Shown here: in pieces, positions 8,228-18,804 of the stretch
Layout: each line of letters begins with the position of its first letter
Numbering within the stretch: position 1 is the stretch's first letter
Assembly (NCBI GenBank): GCA_030693205.1
Contig: JAUYBG010000011.1
Location: 56,793-120,792 of the forward strand
Source of the DNA: a bacterium
GTDB taxonomy: Bacteria; Patescibacteriota; Minisyncoccia; JAHIHE01
Length of the DNA stretch: 64,000 nt
Direction: 5' to 3'
Position numbers and translations under genes: made by a program
The notes under the pieces: generated by a model
The model's database searches: none
What the model saw: the letters and a program-made list of their open reading frames with translations, nothing else
Told to the model about the DNA's origin: nothing

Positions 8228-8731
8228 TTATTTCCCCGCTTTAAACCCTATCTTCCTCACCGACCCATCCTTCCCATCATCCAAAAGTTGCCTTAATGTA
8301 TCGAAAACTATTTTAAATTTCTTGTCATATTTTTTCTCCATTTGTTCGATTTTCAATCTCAACTCGCGATTACCGGCGATCATTTCCCGCAATTTGATAA
8401 AAGTCCGAATAATTTGAATATTTACTTGCACAGCTCTCTTGCTATTTAATATACCGGAAAGCATAGCCACACCAGGTTCGGTAAAGACCAACGGCGTTCT
8501 TCTTAGCCCCATTTTTTCGCGATTGGAAGTGCCAAATTGGTACTTCCAATTTTCCATTTCCTGCTTATTCATTTGAAACATAAAATCTTCGGGAAAGCGA
8601 TCAATATTGCGCCTCACTGCGCAATTAAGCATTTTGGTTTCCACTCCATACAGCTCTGCCAAGTCTCTATCAAACATTACTTTCTTGCCTCGCATTAAAA
8701 ATATTTTATGTTCTATTCTTTCGTCTGGCAC
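8228..8731 (-). CDS. ORF6N-domain DNA-binding protein
   Basis: IFLMRGKKVMFDRDLAELYGVETKMLNCAVRRNIDRFPEDFMFQ ... VFTEPGVAMLSGILNS.RAVQVNIQIIRTF; an upstream in-frame ATG at 8758 is followed directly by TAA. Confidence 0.92.
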   Translation of the reverse strand: MPDERIEHKIFLMRGKKVMFDRDLAELYGVETKMLNCAVRRNIDRFPEDFMFQMNKQEMENWKYQFGTSNREKMGLRRTPLVFTEPGVAMLSGILNSKRAVQVNIQIIRTFIKLREMIAGNRELRLKIEQMEKKYDKKFKIVFDTLRQLLDDGKDGSVRKIGFKAGK

Positions 8732-8820
8732 AATAATCGCTAGATTTTTTGATTACATAAATTTATTTATTCTTAACTTCGATTTATTATACAACAATGT
8801 GTGTCATAAATAAAGCCGAA

Positions 8821-8851
8821 TTTTTGAGGTCATAATTTGCAACCTCAAAAA
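8821..8851. repeat. Palindrome resembling the palindrome inside the ORF6N CDS (8522-8550)
   Basis: tttttgaggt-N11-acctcaaaaa vs attggaagt-N11-acttccaat. Confidence 0.75.
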
Positions 8852-8880
8852 AACTACCCCGATCTCTCAGGGTAGTTTTT
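8851..8880 (-). terminator. Intrinsic terminator of rpoBC
   Basis: aaactaccc-cgatctctca-gggtagttt stem with T run on minus strand. Confidence 0.8.
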
Positions 8881-8893
8881 ACTTTCTTTAATT

Positions 8894-11800
8894 TTATTTT
8901 CCAAATCCGGTTCCGGCAGGGATCAACTTGCCAATAATAACATTTTCTTTCAAGCCTTTCAATTCATCCGATTTGCCGAATAAAGCGGCGGAGATCAGCA
9001 CGCGAGCGGTTTCCTGGAACGAAGCGGCGGCCAGGAAGCTTTCGGTCGAAAGCGAAACTTTCGTAATACCAAGCAATAATTCTTCGCCTTTGGCCGGCTT
9101 CTTGCCTTCCTTTTTGGCAATGGAATTCACTTTATTGAACTGCGCCTCTTCCACCACGCTGCCTTCCGGCAATTGCGTGTCTCCGGCGTCATTAATTATA
9201 ATTCTCGAGAACATCTGCTTCACGATCAACTCGATGTGCTTATCGTTGATGCCTTCGCCTTGAGCGGTGTAAATTTCCTGCACTTCGCCGATAATATATT
9301 CCACTACCGCCATTTTATCAACCAGATTGAAAAGCTCATGAATATCAATATGCCCTTCGGTCAATCTTTGTCCTTTCTTGATCGCCGCGCCCTTCTCGAC
9401 GGAAATCGCGATGTCGGAATCCACTTCATATTCTTTCACTTCAGCTTCCGTTTTTCCTTTTTTATCCACGACATTGATGCGAATGATCTTTTTATTGGTC
9501 AGAGGAACAACATCAACGACTTTTCCAGATACTTCAGAGATCAAGGCTTTTCCTTTCGGAACACGGGCTTCAAAAATTTCTTCCACGCGAGGCAAACCCT
9601 GGGTAATGTCCCGTCCTGCAACTCCTCCGCTATGGAAGGTTTTCATGGTCAGCTGAGTTCCCGGCTCGCCGATAGCTTGCGCGGTGACGATGCCGATAGC
9701 TTCGCCTTTGGCGATCGGCTTATTCCTGCCCAAATCATAGCCGTAGCATTTTTGGCAAATTCCCCGTTCGGCCTTGCAATAAATAACCGTGCGAACTTTA
9801 ATAAAATCGATCCCGGAAATATTTTCGATCGTCTTGGCGATATCTTTGGGAATAAATTCTCCTACCGGCACCAGCACTTTTTTCGTTTTTGGATCAATAA
9901 TATCTTCCGTGACAACCCGTCCGTAAATTCTCGCCGCAAATCCCCGGCTTAATCCATATTGATCAAGCCTGGGAATAATAATGCTTTTCTTGCTTCCGCA
10001 ATCAATTTCATTGATAACCATATCTTGCGCCACATCCACCAAGCGCCTGGTCAGGTATCCCGCAGTGGCGGTTCTTAGAGCGATATCAGTCATACCTTTT
10101 CTGGCTCCGTGAGTGGAAATGAAATATTCCAGCACATCAAAACCTTCCTTGAAACTATTTTTGATCGGCAGTTCGATCGTTTCTCCGGCCGGATTCACCA
10201 CCAACCCTTTCATACCCATCATCTGCGCGACTACTGCCCAAGAACTTCTGGCCCCCGATTCGATCATCAAAAAGACCGGGCTGTTTTGATCCAAAGTGTT
10301 TAGAACGGCTTTGGTAACTTTATTCTTGGTATCGGTCCAGGTTTCGATTACCTTGGTCCTCCGCTCTTCACTGGTAAGAAGCCCCTCATTATACTGGCGC
10401 TCGATAATTTCCGCCTGTTTTTTCGCTTCTTCGATCAAAGCGGCTTTTTCTTTCGGTATTTTCAGATCGCTCATTCCCCAGCTAAGCCCGGAAATGGTCA
10501 CGTACTCAAAACCCAGTTTTTTGATCCTGTCGACCAGATCCACCGTTTCTTCAGCGCCGGCTTTTTCCAGCGAATCAGCCACCAAAGCTTTGAGATTCTT
10601 GGCATCCATAACTTCGTTCACGAACCGCAAGGATTTTGGCAAAGCTTCGTTGAAAATAATACGCCCGGCTGAAGTTTTTAAATATAATCCTTCGTTAGGC
10701 TCTTCTTTTTTAATAACATTAATATCGAAATCTTTTCGCAATTTTATTTCCGCCTTAAGGTCAATGATGCCCAATTGATAATTCAAAATCGCTTCTTTGG
10801 CATCGTAGAAAACCTTGCCCTCGCCCTTTCCGCCGGAAATAATTTTGGTCATATAATAGCAGCCCAAAATAATATCCTGATAAGGAATGACGATCGGATC
10901 TCCGGTTGCCGGCTTCAGCAAATTCTTGCTGGAAAGCATGATCTCTCGGCCTTCGCGCTGCGCTTCTTCGCCCAACGGCAAATGGACTGCCATCTGGTCT
11001 CCGTCGAAATCAGCATTGAAAGCCTTGCAAACCAAAGGATGAATTTGAATGGCCTTGCCTTCGATCAGCACCGGATAAAACGCCTGGATGCTCAAACGGT
11101 GAAGGGTCGGAGCGCGATTTAAAAGCACTACTTTGCCGTTGATAATATTTTCCAAAATATCCCAAACCTCCACAGTCTCCTGCTCGATCAAACGGGTGGC
11201 GCTTCGGACGTTGTAGGCATAATTTCCTTCAATTAATTTTCGCATCACGAAAGGCTTGAATAATTCCAAAGCCATATTTTTCGGCAATCCGCATTGATTC
11301 AATTTCAATTCCGGTCCGACCACGATCACGGAGCGTCCGGAATAATCCACGCGCTTGCCGAGCAAATTCTGCCTGAATCGGCCTTGCTTTCCTTTTAACA
11401 TATCGGCCAGGGACCGAAGCTGCCTTTTTTGTCCGGTAGAAGCGATAGTCACTTGTCCGCGCTTAATGCTATTGTCGATCAAGGCGTCAAGCGCTTCCTG
11501 CAACATTCTTTTTTCATTCCGGCAGATGACTTCCGGAGCTTTCAATTCGATCAAATGCTTCAAGCGATTATTGCGGTTGATAACTCTTCGATAGAGGTCA
11601 TTCAAGTCGGAAGTGGCAAAACGCCCGCCATCCAGCTGCACCATTGGCCTCAAGTCCGGCGGGATCACTGGCAAAACCGTGAAACACATCCATTCCGGCT
11701 TTACTCCGGCTTTTATCATTCCTTGCGCCAGCCTTAAGCGCTTGGTAATTTTTTTTCTTACGACATCGTTGCTGACATTTTTCAGTTCTTCGGTCAAAGC

Positions 11801-12490
11801 ATCTTTAAGCTTTTTCAGATCGGTTCGGGCAAGCATTTCTCTCACCGTTTCCGCTCCGATGCCGGCCTTGAACACGGAACCGAATTTCAGCGACAAATTC
11901 CGGTATTCAATTTCGGAAATCACCTTCATTGGAACAAGACTTTTTATTTCCGCCTTAGCTAAATCTCTGGAGGCTTTCAGCTCGGCAATATTTTCCTTGC
12001 TTTTCTGCTCTTTGCTCCTGGTCTTGAACTCGCGGTCTATTTCTTTAAAAGCTTCTTCTTTATTTTTTTCATTTACTTCGGTAACAACATAAGCCGCGAA
12101 ATAAATGATTTTTTCCAGATCCTGCACGGAAATATCAAGAACCAAGCCAATGCTCGAAGGCACGCCTCGGACAAACCAAATATGAGTGATCGGCACAGCC
12201 AATTTGATATGGCCCATGCGTTCGCGCCTGACCGAGGAACGGGTAACCTCCACTCCGCATTTATCGCAAACGATCCCTTTGTACCTGATCCTCTTGTATT
12301 TTCCGCAATAGCATTCCCAGTCTTTGGTCGGACCAAAAATACGCTCGGAAAAAAGCCCGTCCGGTTCCGGACGCTGAGTCCGGTAATTGATCGTCTCCGG
12401 CTTGATCACTTCGCCGTGCGACCAGGCCATGATATTTTCCGGGCTGGCCAAGGTTAATTTTACTGATTTGAAGGTTGATGTTTTATACAT
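8894..12490 (-). CDS. rpoC: DNA-directed RNA polymerase beta' subunit
   Basis: Zn finger CYCGKYK..CDKCGVE, catalytic FNADFDGDQMAVH, GEPGTQLTMKTFH, LKENVIIGKLIPAGTG. Confidence 0.99.
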   Translation of the reverse strand: MYKTSTFKSVKLTLASPENIMAWSHGEVIKPETINYRTQRPEPDGLFSERIFGPTKDWECYCGKYKRIRYKGIVCDKCGVEVTRSSVRRERMGHIKLAVPITHIWFVRGVPSSIGLVLDISVQDLEKIIYFAAYVVTEVNEKNKEEAFKEIDREFKTRSKEQKSKENIAELKASRDLAKAEIKSLVPMKVISEIEYRNLSLKFGSVFKAGIGAETVREMLARTDLKKLKDALTEELKNVSNDVVRKKITKRLRLAQGMIKAGVKPEWMCFTVLPVIPPDLRPMVQLDGGRFATSDLNDLYRRVINRNNRLKHLIELKAPEVICRNEKRMLQEALDALIDNSIKRGQVTIASTGQKRQLRSLADMLKGKQGRFRQNLLGKRVDYSGRSVIVVGPELKLNQCGLPKNMALELFKPFVMRKLIEGNYAYNVRSATRLIEQETVEVWDILENIINGKVVLLNRAPTLHRLSIQAFYPVLIEGKAIQIHPLVCKAFNADFDGDQMAVHLPLGEEAQREGREIMLSSKNLLKPATGDPIVIPYQDIILGCYYMTKIISGGKGEGKVFYDAKEAILNYQLGIIDLKAEIKLRKDFDINVIKKEEPNEGLYLKTSAGRIIFNEALPKSLRFVNEVMDAKNLKALVADSLEKAGAEETVDLVDRIKKLGFEYVTISGLSWGMSDLKIPKEKAALIEEAKKQAEIIERQYNEGLLTSEERRTKVIETWTDTKNKVTKAVLNTLDQNSPVFLMIESGARSSWAVVAQMMGMKGLVVNPAGETIELPIKNSFKEGFDVLEYFISTHGARKGMTDIALRTATAGYLTRRLVDVAQDMVINEIDCGSKKSIIIPRLDQYGLSRGFAARIYGRVVTEDIIDPKTKKVLVPVGEFIPKDIAKTIENISGIDFIKVRTVIYCKAERGICQKCYGYDLGRNKPIAKGEAIGIVTAQAIGEPGTQLTMKTFHSGGVAGRDITQGLPRVEEIFEARVPKGKALISEVSGKVVDVVPLTNKKIIRINVVDKKGKTEAEVKEYEVDSDIAISVEKGAAIKKGQRLTEGHIDIHELFNLVDKMAVVEYIIGEVQEIYTAQGEGINDKHIELIVKQMFSRIIINDAGDTQLPEGSVVEEAQFNKVNSIAKKEGKKPAKGEELLLGITKVSLSTESFLAAASFQETARVLISAALFGKSDELKGLKENVIIGKLIPAGTGFGK

Positions 12491-12540
12491 AGAAGTTTAA
12501 ATATTGGATAATTGAAGGTTGATTAAATTAATTTGAATGG

Positions 12541-15500
12541 TTAAAAATTCCTGCGTTCATTTTCCTCTTCTCCTTCAAGCTCAATATTCAATCCTAGCGC
12601 TTTTAACTCGTTTACCAGCACAAAGAACGAAGCTGGAATATAAGGACTTTTTATCGGTTCACCTTTAATTATCGATTCGTAAGACTTGCTTCTTCCGGCA
12701 ACATCATCGGATTTGATCGTCAAAACTTCCTGGAGCGAATGCGCCGCGCCATAGCCTTCCAGCGCCCAAACTTCCATTTCTCCGAATCTCTGTCCGCCGA
12801 ATTGGGCTTTGCCTCCAAGAGGCTGCTGAGTGATCAGCGAGTATGGCCCGATCGAGCGAGTATGGATCTTGTCTTCCACCAAATGATGAAGCTTCAACAT
12901 ATAAATAATTCCAACGGTCGATCTCTCGTTGAATTTTTCTCCGGTTCGTCCGTCATAAAGCTGAACTTTGCCGTCTTCCGGCAATCCCGCTTTTTTCAAT
13001 TCCACTTTGATCTCGTCTTCCGAGATACCGTTCAGCGCAGGGCAAGCCACTTTGTAGCCCAATTTCACAGCCGCCCACCCCAAATGTGTTTCCAAAATCT
13101 GGCCGATATTCATACGGCTCGCGACGCCGAGCGGATTCAAGATTATATCAACCGGCGTACCGTCAGCCAAATGCGGCATTTCTTCTTCCGGCAAAATTTT
13201 TGAAATAACTCCTTTGTTTCCATGGCGTCCGGCTAATTTATCGCCAATGGAAATTTTCCTAAGCTGAGCAATACTCACTTGGATCATTTTGATAACTCCG
13301 GCTGAAAGCTTGTCGCCCTGTTCCCGGGAAAATATTTTGATTCCGACCACTTTTCCGCGCTCGCCGTGCTGGAGATAAAGCGAGGTATCTTTCACATCGC
13401 GCGCTTTTTCGCCGAAGATCGATCTCAAAAGGCGCTCTTCCGCAGTCAATTCGCTTTCGCCTTTGGGCGTAATTTTTCCCACCAAAATATCGCCGGATTT
13501 TACCTCGGCGCCAATTCTAATAATACCTTCCTCGTCCAGATCTTTCAATTTTTCCTCGCCAACATTGGGAATATCCCGAGTGATGACTTCCGGACCCAGC
13601 TTGGTATCGCGGACTTCAATGGAAAAATCTTCGATGTGAATAGAACTGAACACGTCCCTCTTCACTAATTTTTGGGAAAGAATGATCGCGTCTTCGTAAT
13701 TCGCTCCGCCCCAGCTCATAAAAGAAACCAATAAATTCTGGCCGAGAGCGATCTCTCCGTCTTCGGTCCCCGCTCCGTCAGCCAATAATCCGCCAGCCGG
13801 AACGATCTGATTTTTTTCCACCCGCACCGTCTGATTGATGCTGGTCGCGGCATTCGAACGCACAAATTTTTTAAATCGATAGCTTTTTCTGGCTTTATTT
13901 TTTGCGCTTTCCACTACCACGTGATTGGCGTCCACTTCGACGACTTTTCCCGCTTCAGTGGATAGCGTAACATAACCGGAATCGGCCGCCACTTTGGCTT
14001 CCACTCCGGTGCCGATAACCGGCGCTTCCGGCCTGATGCAAGCCACCGCCTGGCGCTGCATATTCGAACCCATCAAAGCTCTTTGCGCGTCGTTGTGCTC
14101 AAGAAAAGGAATAAGAGCGGTAGCAATACTGATGGCCTGATGATGGGCCACATCCATATAATCAACTTTACTGGATTCAATAATTCCGGGGTTTTGCTTG
14201 ATGCGGGCTTCCACTTTTTCTTCGATAAATCTTCCTGCTTTATCCAGCGGCACTCCGGCATGCGCGATGTTCACCGTATCTTCGGCCACCGCATCCAAGT
14301 GAACAATTTGATTTGTCACTTTGCCGTGCACCACTTTCTTATAAGGCGTTTCAATAAAACCATAATCATTGACTACGGCGTAACTGGCTAAGTGTCCAAC
14401 CAAACCGATATTCGGACCTTCCGGGGTCTCAATCGGACAAATTCTTCCATAGTGGGAAGAGTGCACATCACGGACTTCAAAACCGGCTCTTTCGCGCGTC
14501 AAACCGCCCGGACCCATCGCCGAAAGCCGCCTCTTGTGCTCAAGCTCGGCCAAAGGATTAACCTGATCCATAAATTGGGAAAGCTGAGAAGAAGCAAAAA
14601 ATTCCTTGATCACCGCAACGAGAGGGCGGCTATTTACCAAATGCACTGGGGAAACCAAAGAAGAATCAACCGTACTCATACGATCTTTGATATTTCGCTC
14701 CATTCTGGTCAAGCCCAAACGAAAACGTTCCTGGATCAATTCTCCGACGCCTCGCACTCTTCTGTTTCCCAAGTGATCGATATCATCGGCAAGAGCGTTC
14801 GCGTTATTGCTCAAAGCGATAATTTCTCTGACTGTTTTTATGAGATCGCTGACCAAAAAAACCCGATGTTCCGGAGTATCGGAAAGATTGAGCCCTAAGC
14901 GCTGATTAGCCTTATAGCGCCCGACTACACCCAAGTCATAATGCGCAAAATTGAAAAACATATTTTCCACCAATTGCCTAGCATTCTCGATCGTCGCGAG
15001 ATCTCCCGGCCTGATCCTCCGGTAAACTTCAATAAAACCGTCTTCGCTGCTTTTGGTGGTATCATGTTTGAGAGTTTCTTCGATAAACTTAATATCTCCC
15101 GTATCAATATCTTTGAATAAATTCAAAATTTTCTCATTCGTGCTGTAGCCAAAAGCGCGGATCAAAGAAGTCGCGGCAATTTTTCTTTTGCGGTCAATAC
15201 GCACATAGATCGATCCCGAGGAATCCGTGTCTATCTCAAGCCAGGCTCCGCGATTGGGAATAACTTTCGCGCCAAAAAATCTTCGCTCGGCTTTTTCCGC
15301 GGAAAGATGGAAGAATATCCCGGGAGACTTGATCAGCTGGCTCACAACCACTCTCTCTACGCCGTTTATAACAAAATTGCCCCTGTCGGTCATTAAAGGA
15401 AATTCTCCAAAATAACACTCCTGCTCTTTTACGGCATGAGTTTTTTTATTGGTTAATTTCGCTTTAACCCGCAAAGGGGCTTCATAAGATACATTTTTTT

Positions 15501-15762
15501 CAATCGAGGTTTTTTCGTCGTACTTGGCTTCATCCAAATAATAATCGACAAACTCCAGCTCCAGTTCTTTATTATAACTTTTGACCGAACCGACTTCTTT
15601 GAACAATTCTCCCAGTCCTTTTTCAATAAACCAGCGATAGGAGTTATGCTGAATTTCTATTAAATTATGCAACGGGGTTTCTTTCGCCTTATGGAAAAAA
15701 TTCCGAGGCTTAACTGAAACGCTGGCATGGACTTCTCCTCTGGTCTTCTTTGAAACAATCAT
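12541..15762 (-). CDS. rpoB: DNA-directed RNA polymerase beta subunit
   Basis: SQLSQFMDQ.NPLAEL.HKRR, CPIETPEGPNIGL, GDKLAGRHGNKG, GGQRFGEMEVWAL. Confidence 0.99.
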   Translation of the reverse strand: MIVSKKTRGEVHASVSVKPRNFFHKAKETPLHNLIEIQHNSYRWFIEKGLGELFKEVGSVKSYNKELELEFVDYYLDEAKYDEKTSIEKNVSYEAPLRVKAKLTNKKTHAVKEQECYFGEFPLMTDRGNFVINGVERVVVSQLIKSPGIFFHLSAEKAERRFFGAKVIPNRGAWLEIDTDSSGSIYVRIDRKRKIAATSLIRAFGYSTNEKILNLFKDIDTGDIKFIEETLKHDTTKSSEDGFIEVYRRIRPGDLATIENARQLVENMFFNFAHYDLGVVGRYKANQRLGLNLSDTPEHRVFLVSDLIKTVREIIALSNNANALADDIDHLGNRRVRGVGELIQERFRLGLTRMERNIKDRMSTVDSSLVSPVHLVNSRPLVAVIKEFFASSQLSQFMDQVNPLAELEHKRRLSAMGPGGLTRERAGFEVRDVHSSHYGRICPIETPEGPNIGLVGHLASYAVVNDYGFIETPYKKVVHGKVTNQIVHLDAVAEDTVNIAHAGVPLDKAGRFIEEKVEARIKQNPGIIESSKVDYMDVAHHQAISIATALIPFLEHNDAQRALMGSNMQRQAVACIRPEAPVIGTGVEAKVAADSGYVTLSTEAGKVVEVDANHVVVESAKNKARKSYRFKKFVRSNAATSINQTVRVEKNQIVPAGGLLADGAGTEDGEIALGQNLLVSFMSWGGANYEDAIILSQKLVKRDVFSSIHIEDFSIEVRDTKLGPEVITRDIPNVGEEKLKDLDEEGIIRIGAEVKSGDILVGKITPKGESELTAEERLLRSIFGEKARDVKDTSLYLQHGERGKVVGIKIFSREQGDKLSAGVIKMIQVSIAQLRKISIGDKLAGRHGNKGVISKILPEEEMPHLADGTPVDIILNPLGVASRMNIGQILETHLGWAAVKLGYKVACPALNGISEDEIKVELKKAGLPEDGKVQLYDGRTGEKFNERSTVGIIYMLKLHHLVEDKIHTRSIGPYSLITQQPLGGKAQFGGQRFGEMEVWALEGYGAAHSLQEVLTIKSDDVAGRSKSYESIIKGEPIKSPYIPASFFVLVNELKALGLNIELEGEEENERRNF

Positions 15763-16063
15763 AAAAATTGCTCAGTTTCATTTTCACGTAAATTTAAAAA
15801 GTAAATTTCAGACTCTTTAAAATTTGTGAATTATCCCCTCTTTCGAAACAAAAATAATCCGTTGCTTTTTTCTGAAAATAAAAAAACAGCGAAGAGATGA
15901 GTTTCAAAATATGCCAGTGAAGGCTGGGGTGAAACTTATTTAATAAAAAGTATTATAAAAAAAACTGCTATTTTCCCGCCAAAAATTAAAATAGACCAAA
16001 AAAACACTCTCGGTCTTTTGGTAACCTTAATTAATTTATTTGCTTTGTTTTGCTCATAGCGTA

Positions 16064-16339
16064 TTAATGTTTCTTCTCAAGCCAATTCACGACGCTAACT
16101 ACCGAATTTCCTATTAAATTACTGACGAAACTCTCTGATTCGGAGATGAAATAGCTCCGAATTCTTTCTTGTTTTTTAAGTCTAACATATGCCAAATTTT
16201 TGTCAAGACCGTTTATGATCTTGTCGGACAAGTCTTTTTGATAGGTGTCTTTGACCGTATTCAAAATTTCCTTGCCTCTTTGAGCCGAAACTTCCAAAGT
16301 TTTCATATCCTTGTCGAGCTTTACTAAGAGTTTTAACAT
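16064..16339 (-). CDS. Hypothetical protein (full-length MLKL..SAQRG family copy)
   Basis: 91-aa ORF; first 36 codons duplicated at 18841-18948. Confidence 0.7.
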   Translation of the reverse strand: MLKLLVKLDKDMKTLEVSAQRGKEILNTVKDTYQKDLSDKIINGLDKNLAYVRLKKQERIRSYFISESESFVSNLIGNSVVSVVNWLEKKH

Positions 16340-16343
16340 AAAT

Positions 16344-17441
16344 TTATTTTATAAATTTGAAAGTCGAAAGAATTTGGTTAACAGTTTCTTCCTTCTGTTT
16401 CAAATAATCAATTCGAAAAATAATGTCACTTTTTTTAAAAAATTGAGTTACTCTATCTATTGGTGACACTGTTGTATCTTCAAGAACATAAGTCTGCGTA
16501 AAATATTCCAACATATCAACCCCTTTAAATTGTTTTTTTACTAAATTCGGCGTAGTGTTATGGCTATAATAACCTTGAATATCACCTTGTGAAACAATAA
16601 ATTGTTCTAACGTCTTTTCCTCGTCTAATACAATACTGTAGGCGGATAATAAACCATAAACACCCAGATCATCAGGTTTTGTCCAATTTAAGTGTAGCTC
16701 ATTGGCAGTTTCAGACTCTATTACAAAAATCAGATTTGTTGGATATTTTACTTCAAATCCATATTTCTCGTTTTTGTAAGTTTTTAAGTTTACTATTTCG
16801 TCTTTTTGAATAAATCTAAAGGTAGAAAGAATTTGTTTTATTACCCCATCACTTTTTTCATCATAAGAAGTAGAAATTGTATAAGCTGCTCCATTTTTCA
16901 AAAAATAATACAAATCTCCGACTGGCGCTTGTCCCTTTCCAGGCAACCAACTAAACCCTACAGCTTCTTTTCCATCAATAGAAGTTTTAAGAGTAAGCTT
17001 CTCTGTAACTCCTCTTTTTGCTAAAAATGTTTTTATATCTTTATCAACTATTTCATTTTCTATATTTATATCTATGGATAACCAATAATCTCGATCGCCA
17101 GAATAACTAAGATTGAATTTTGCCAAAACTAAGTCGCTTCCATCGTTTTCATTTTTCAAAGTCCATCCAGATGGATATTGAAATCCAAAACTATATTTAT
17201 CGCTTCTGTAATTTTGCCACCCCTCAATATTTTCACTAATATCTGGCGTAATTGCAGGTGTCGGGGTTGTTAAAATTTCTGGCGTAATCGACGCTACCGG
17301 TTCGCTATCTACAGCCGATTTATTATTCGCCAAATACCCCGCTACCCCAAGCACTATGCCGAAAGAAACTAAAAAAATCACGAGTAAAATCAATTTCGTC
17401 GCCGCTAAATTCAATAATCTGGGTTTTTGCTCCGGTATCAT
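16344..17441 (-). CDS. Membrane-anchored surface protein with two PsbP-like domains
   Basis: N-terminal TM, Pro/Thr linker, two units starting WQNYRSDKYSFGFQYP / LKTYKNEKYGFEVKYP and ending QILSTFRF / QILSTFKF. Confidence 0.75.
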   Translation of the reverse strand: MIPEQKPRLLNLAATKLILLVIFLVSFGIVLGVAGYLANNKSAVDSEPVASITPEILTTPTPAITPDISENIEGWQNYRSDKYSFGFQYPSGWTLKNENDGSDLVLAKFNLSYSGDRDYWLSIDINIENEIVDKDIKTFLAKRGVTEKLTLKTSIDGKEAVGFSWLPGKGQAPVGDLYYFLKNGAAYTISTSYDEKSDGVIKQILSTFRFIQKDEIVNLKTYKNEKYGFEVKYPTNLIFVIESETANELHLNWTKPDDLGVYGLLSAYSIVLDEEKTLEQFIVSQGDIQGYYSHNTTPNLVKKQFKGVDMLEYFTQTYVLEDTTVSPIDRVTQFFKKSDIIFRIDYLKQKEETVNQILSTFKFIK

Positions 17442-17470
17442 AAAATTTATTTAATAATTATAATTAAAAC

Positions 17471-18727
17471 TTATTTAAAATCCACAAATGGCAAAAGAAC
17501 AGCGGGAATAAAATATACCTCATTTTCTTTTTTTAATAAATCTTTTGTGGTAATCAATTTTCTCCCCACATTATCGTACCGCTCAGTAAAATTCTCCATT
17601 ATTACAGGCACTTTGACTTTATTCCTATATTTTACCTCGCAAAGCATTAATTTATTATTTTTATCCTCAATCACAAAATCAATTTCCGCGCCGCCGGAAG
17701 TGCGATAAAAATGAATGTATTCTTTATTATATTGAACAAGCAAAGTATTATAGACAAAATTTTCAATCACCTCGCCTTGCCCATCTAATCTCGTTTCAAA
17801 AGATCGCAAAAGATAATTGCGAATACCGGCATCTAAAACATAAACTTTTGGCATTTTAGAAATCTCCGAACGAATATTTTTAAAATACGGCGTTACTAAA
17901 TCTATAATATATGTGCCGGCCAAAATCTCCAGATACTTTTTTAATGTATTTATCGACAGATTTGCCGTATTCGAAAGCTCCTGGCTATTTACCAATTGGC
18001 CGATTTGTCCGGCTAAAATTTTTATCAGATTATTAAAACCAGTTACATTTTCAACATTCAGTTGATTGATAATATCCTTATCGATATAGGTTTTAATTAT
18101 TGATTTCAAAACTGTCTCTTTTTCTTCCACGCCTTGAGTAGTCAAAACCTCGGGATAGCCGCCGTAAGATAAATATTCACCAATACTCAGTTCCAGTTTA
18201 GGCTTAAAAGTTTCAAAAAACATTTCGAGCTCTTTTAAGTCAGCCAAACCATGTCGCTTAGTGTTTGTGCCTTCGCGAAAATCAAAATATTCTTTGAAAT
18301 TAATCCGATCAACATTGAAATGAATCGCCCTTCCTGTTAAATATTCCGAATTTTTATTTATTTCCAAAGCGCTTGATCCGCTGACAATCAGTTGAATTTT
18401 ATTTTTATGCTTATCAAAAATATTCTTGAGCAATAATCCAGCTTCTTCTATCGCTTGAAATTCATCAATCATCAAATAAATAAACTCATCGGGAAAATTA
18501 AAATATTGCTCCAGATACAACTCCAAACTAGCCGAAGTTTTCAGTATTGGATTATTGTCAATTTCATCCGCCAATAAATAAGCAACCCTCTTGCCGGATT
18601 TTTCCAAATCTTTTTTGATCTCTTTGAGTAAATAAGTTTTACCGACCTGTCGAGCGCCTTTTATAATTAAAATTTTCTCTTTGCCCAGCCAAGGTTTTAT
18701 TTTTTGCAATATTTCTCTTTGTATCAT
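17471..18727 (-). CDS. AAA_14 family ATPase with C-terminal DUF4143 (PD-(D/E)xK-like) domain
   Basis: GARQVGKT, IDEFQ, SGSS, YGGYPE, PKVYVLDAG, EIDFV...CEVK. Confidence 0.92.
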   Translation of the reverse strand: MIQREILQKIKPWLGKEKILIIKGARQVGKTYLLKEIKKDLEKSGKRVAYLLADEIDNNPILKTSASLELYLEQYFNFPDEFIYLMIDEFQAIEEAGLLLKNIFDKHKNKIQLIVSGSSALEINKNSEYLTGRAIHFNVDRINFKEYFDFREGTNTKRHGLADLKELEMFFETFKPKLELSIGEYLSYGGYPEVLTTQGVEEKETVLKSIIKTYIDKDIINQLNVENVTGFNNLIKILAGQIGQLVNSQELSNTANLSINTLKKYLEILAGTYIIDLVTPYFKNIRSEISKMPKVYVLDAGIRNYLLRSFETRLDGQGEVIENFVYNTLLVQYNKEYIHFYRTSGGAEIDFVIEDKNNKLMLCEVKYRNKVKVPVIMENFTERYDNVGRKLITTKDLLKKENEVYFIPAVLLPFVDFK

Positions 18728-18804
18728 ATGTTTTCATTTATTATCATTTATGCCAGAATTGTATCACATACTTGATAATAAAACAATAGAAAACTATCAA
18801 ACTG

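Noticed and set aside
8928-15418. Many 60-260-aa ORFs antisense to or nested in rpoC/rpoB (likewise in polA, the PBP, tyrS and GT4 genes)
   Set aside because: Shadow frames of conserved genes with no motifs or expression signals
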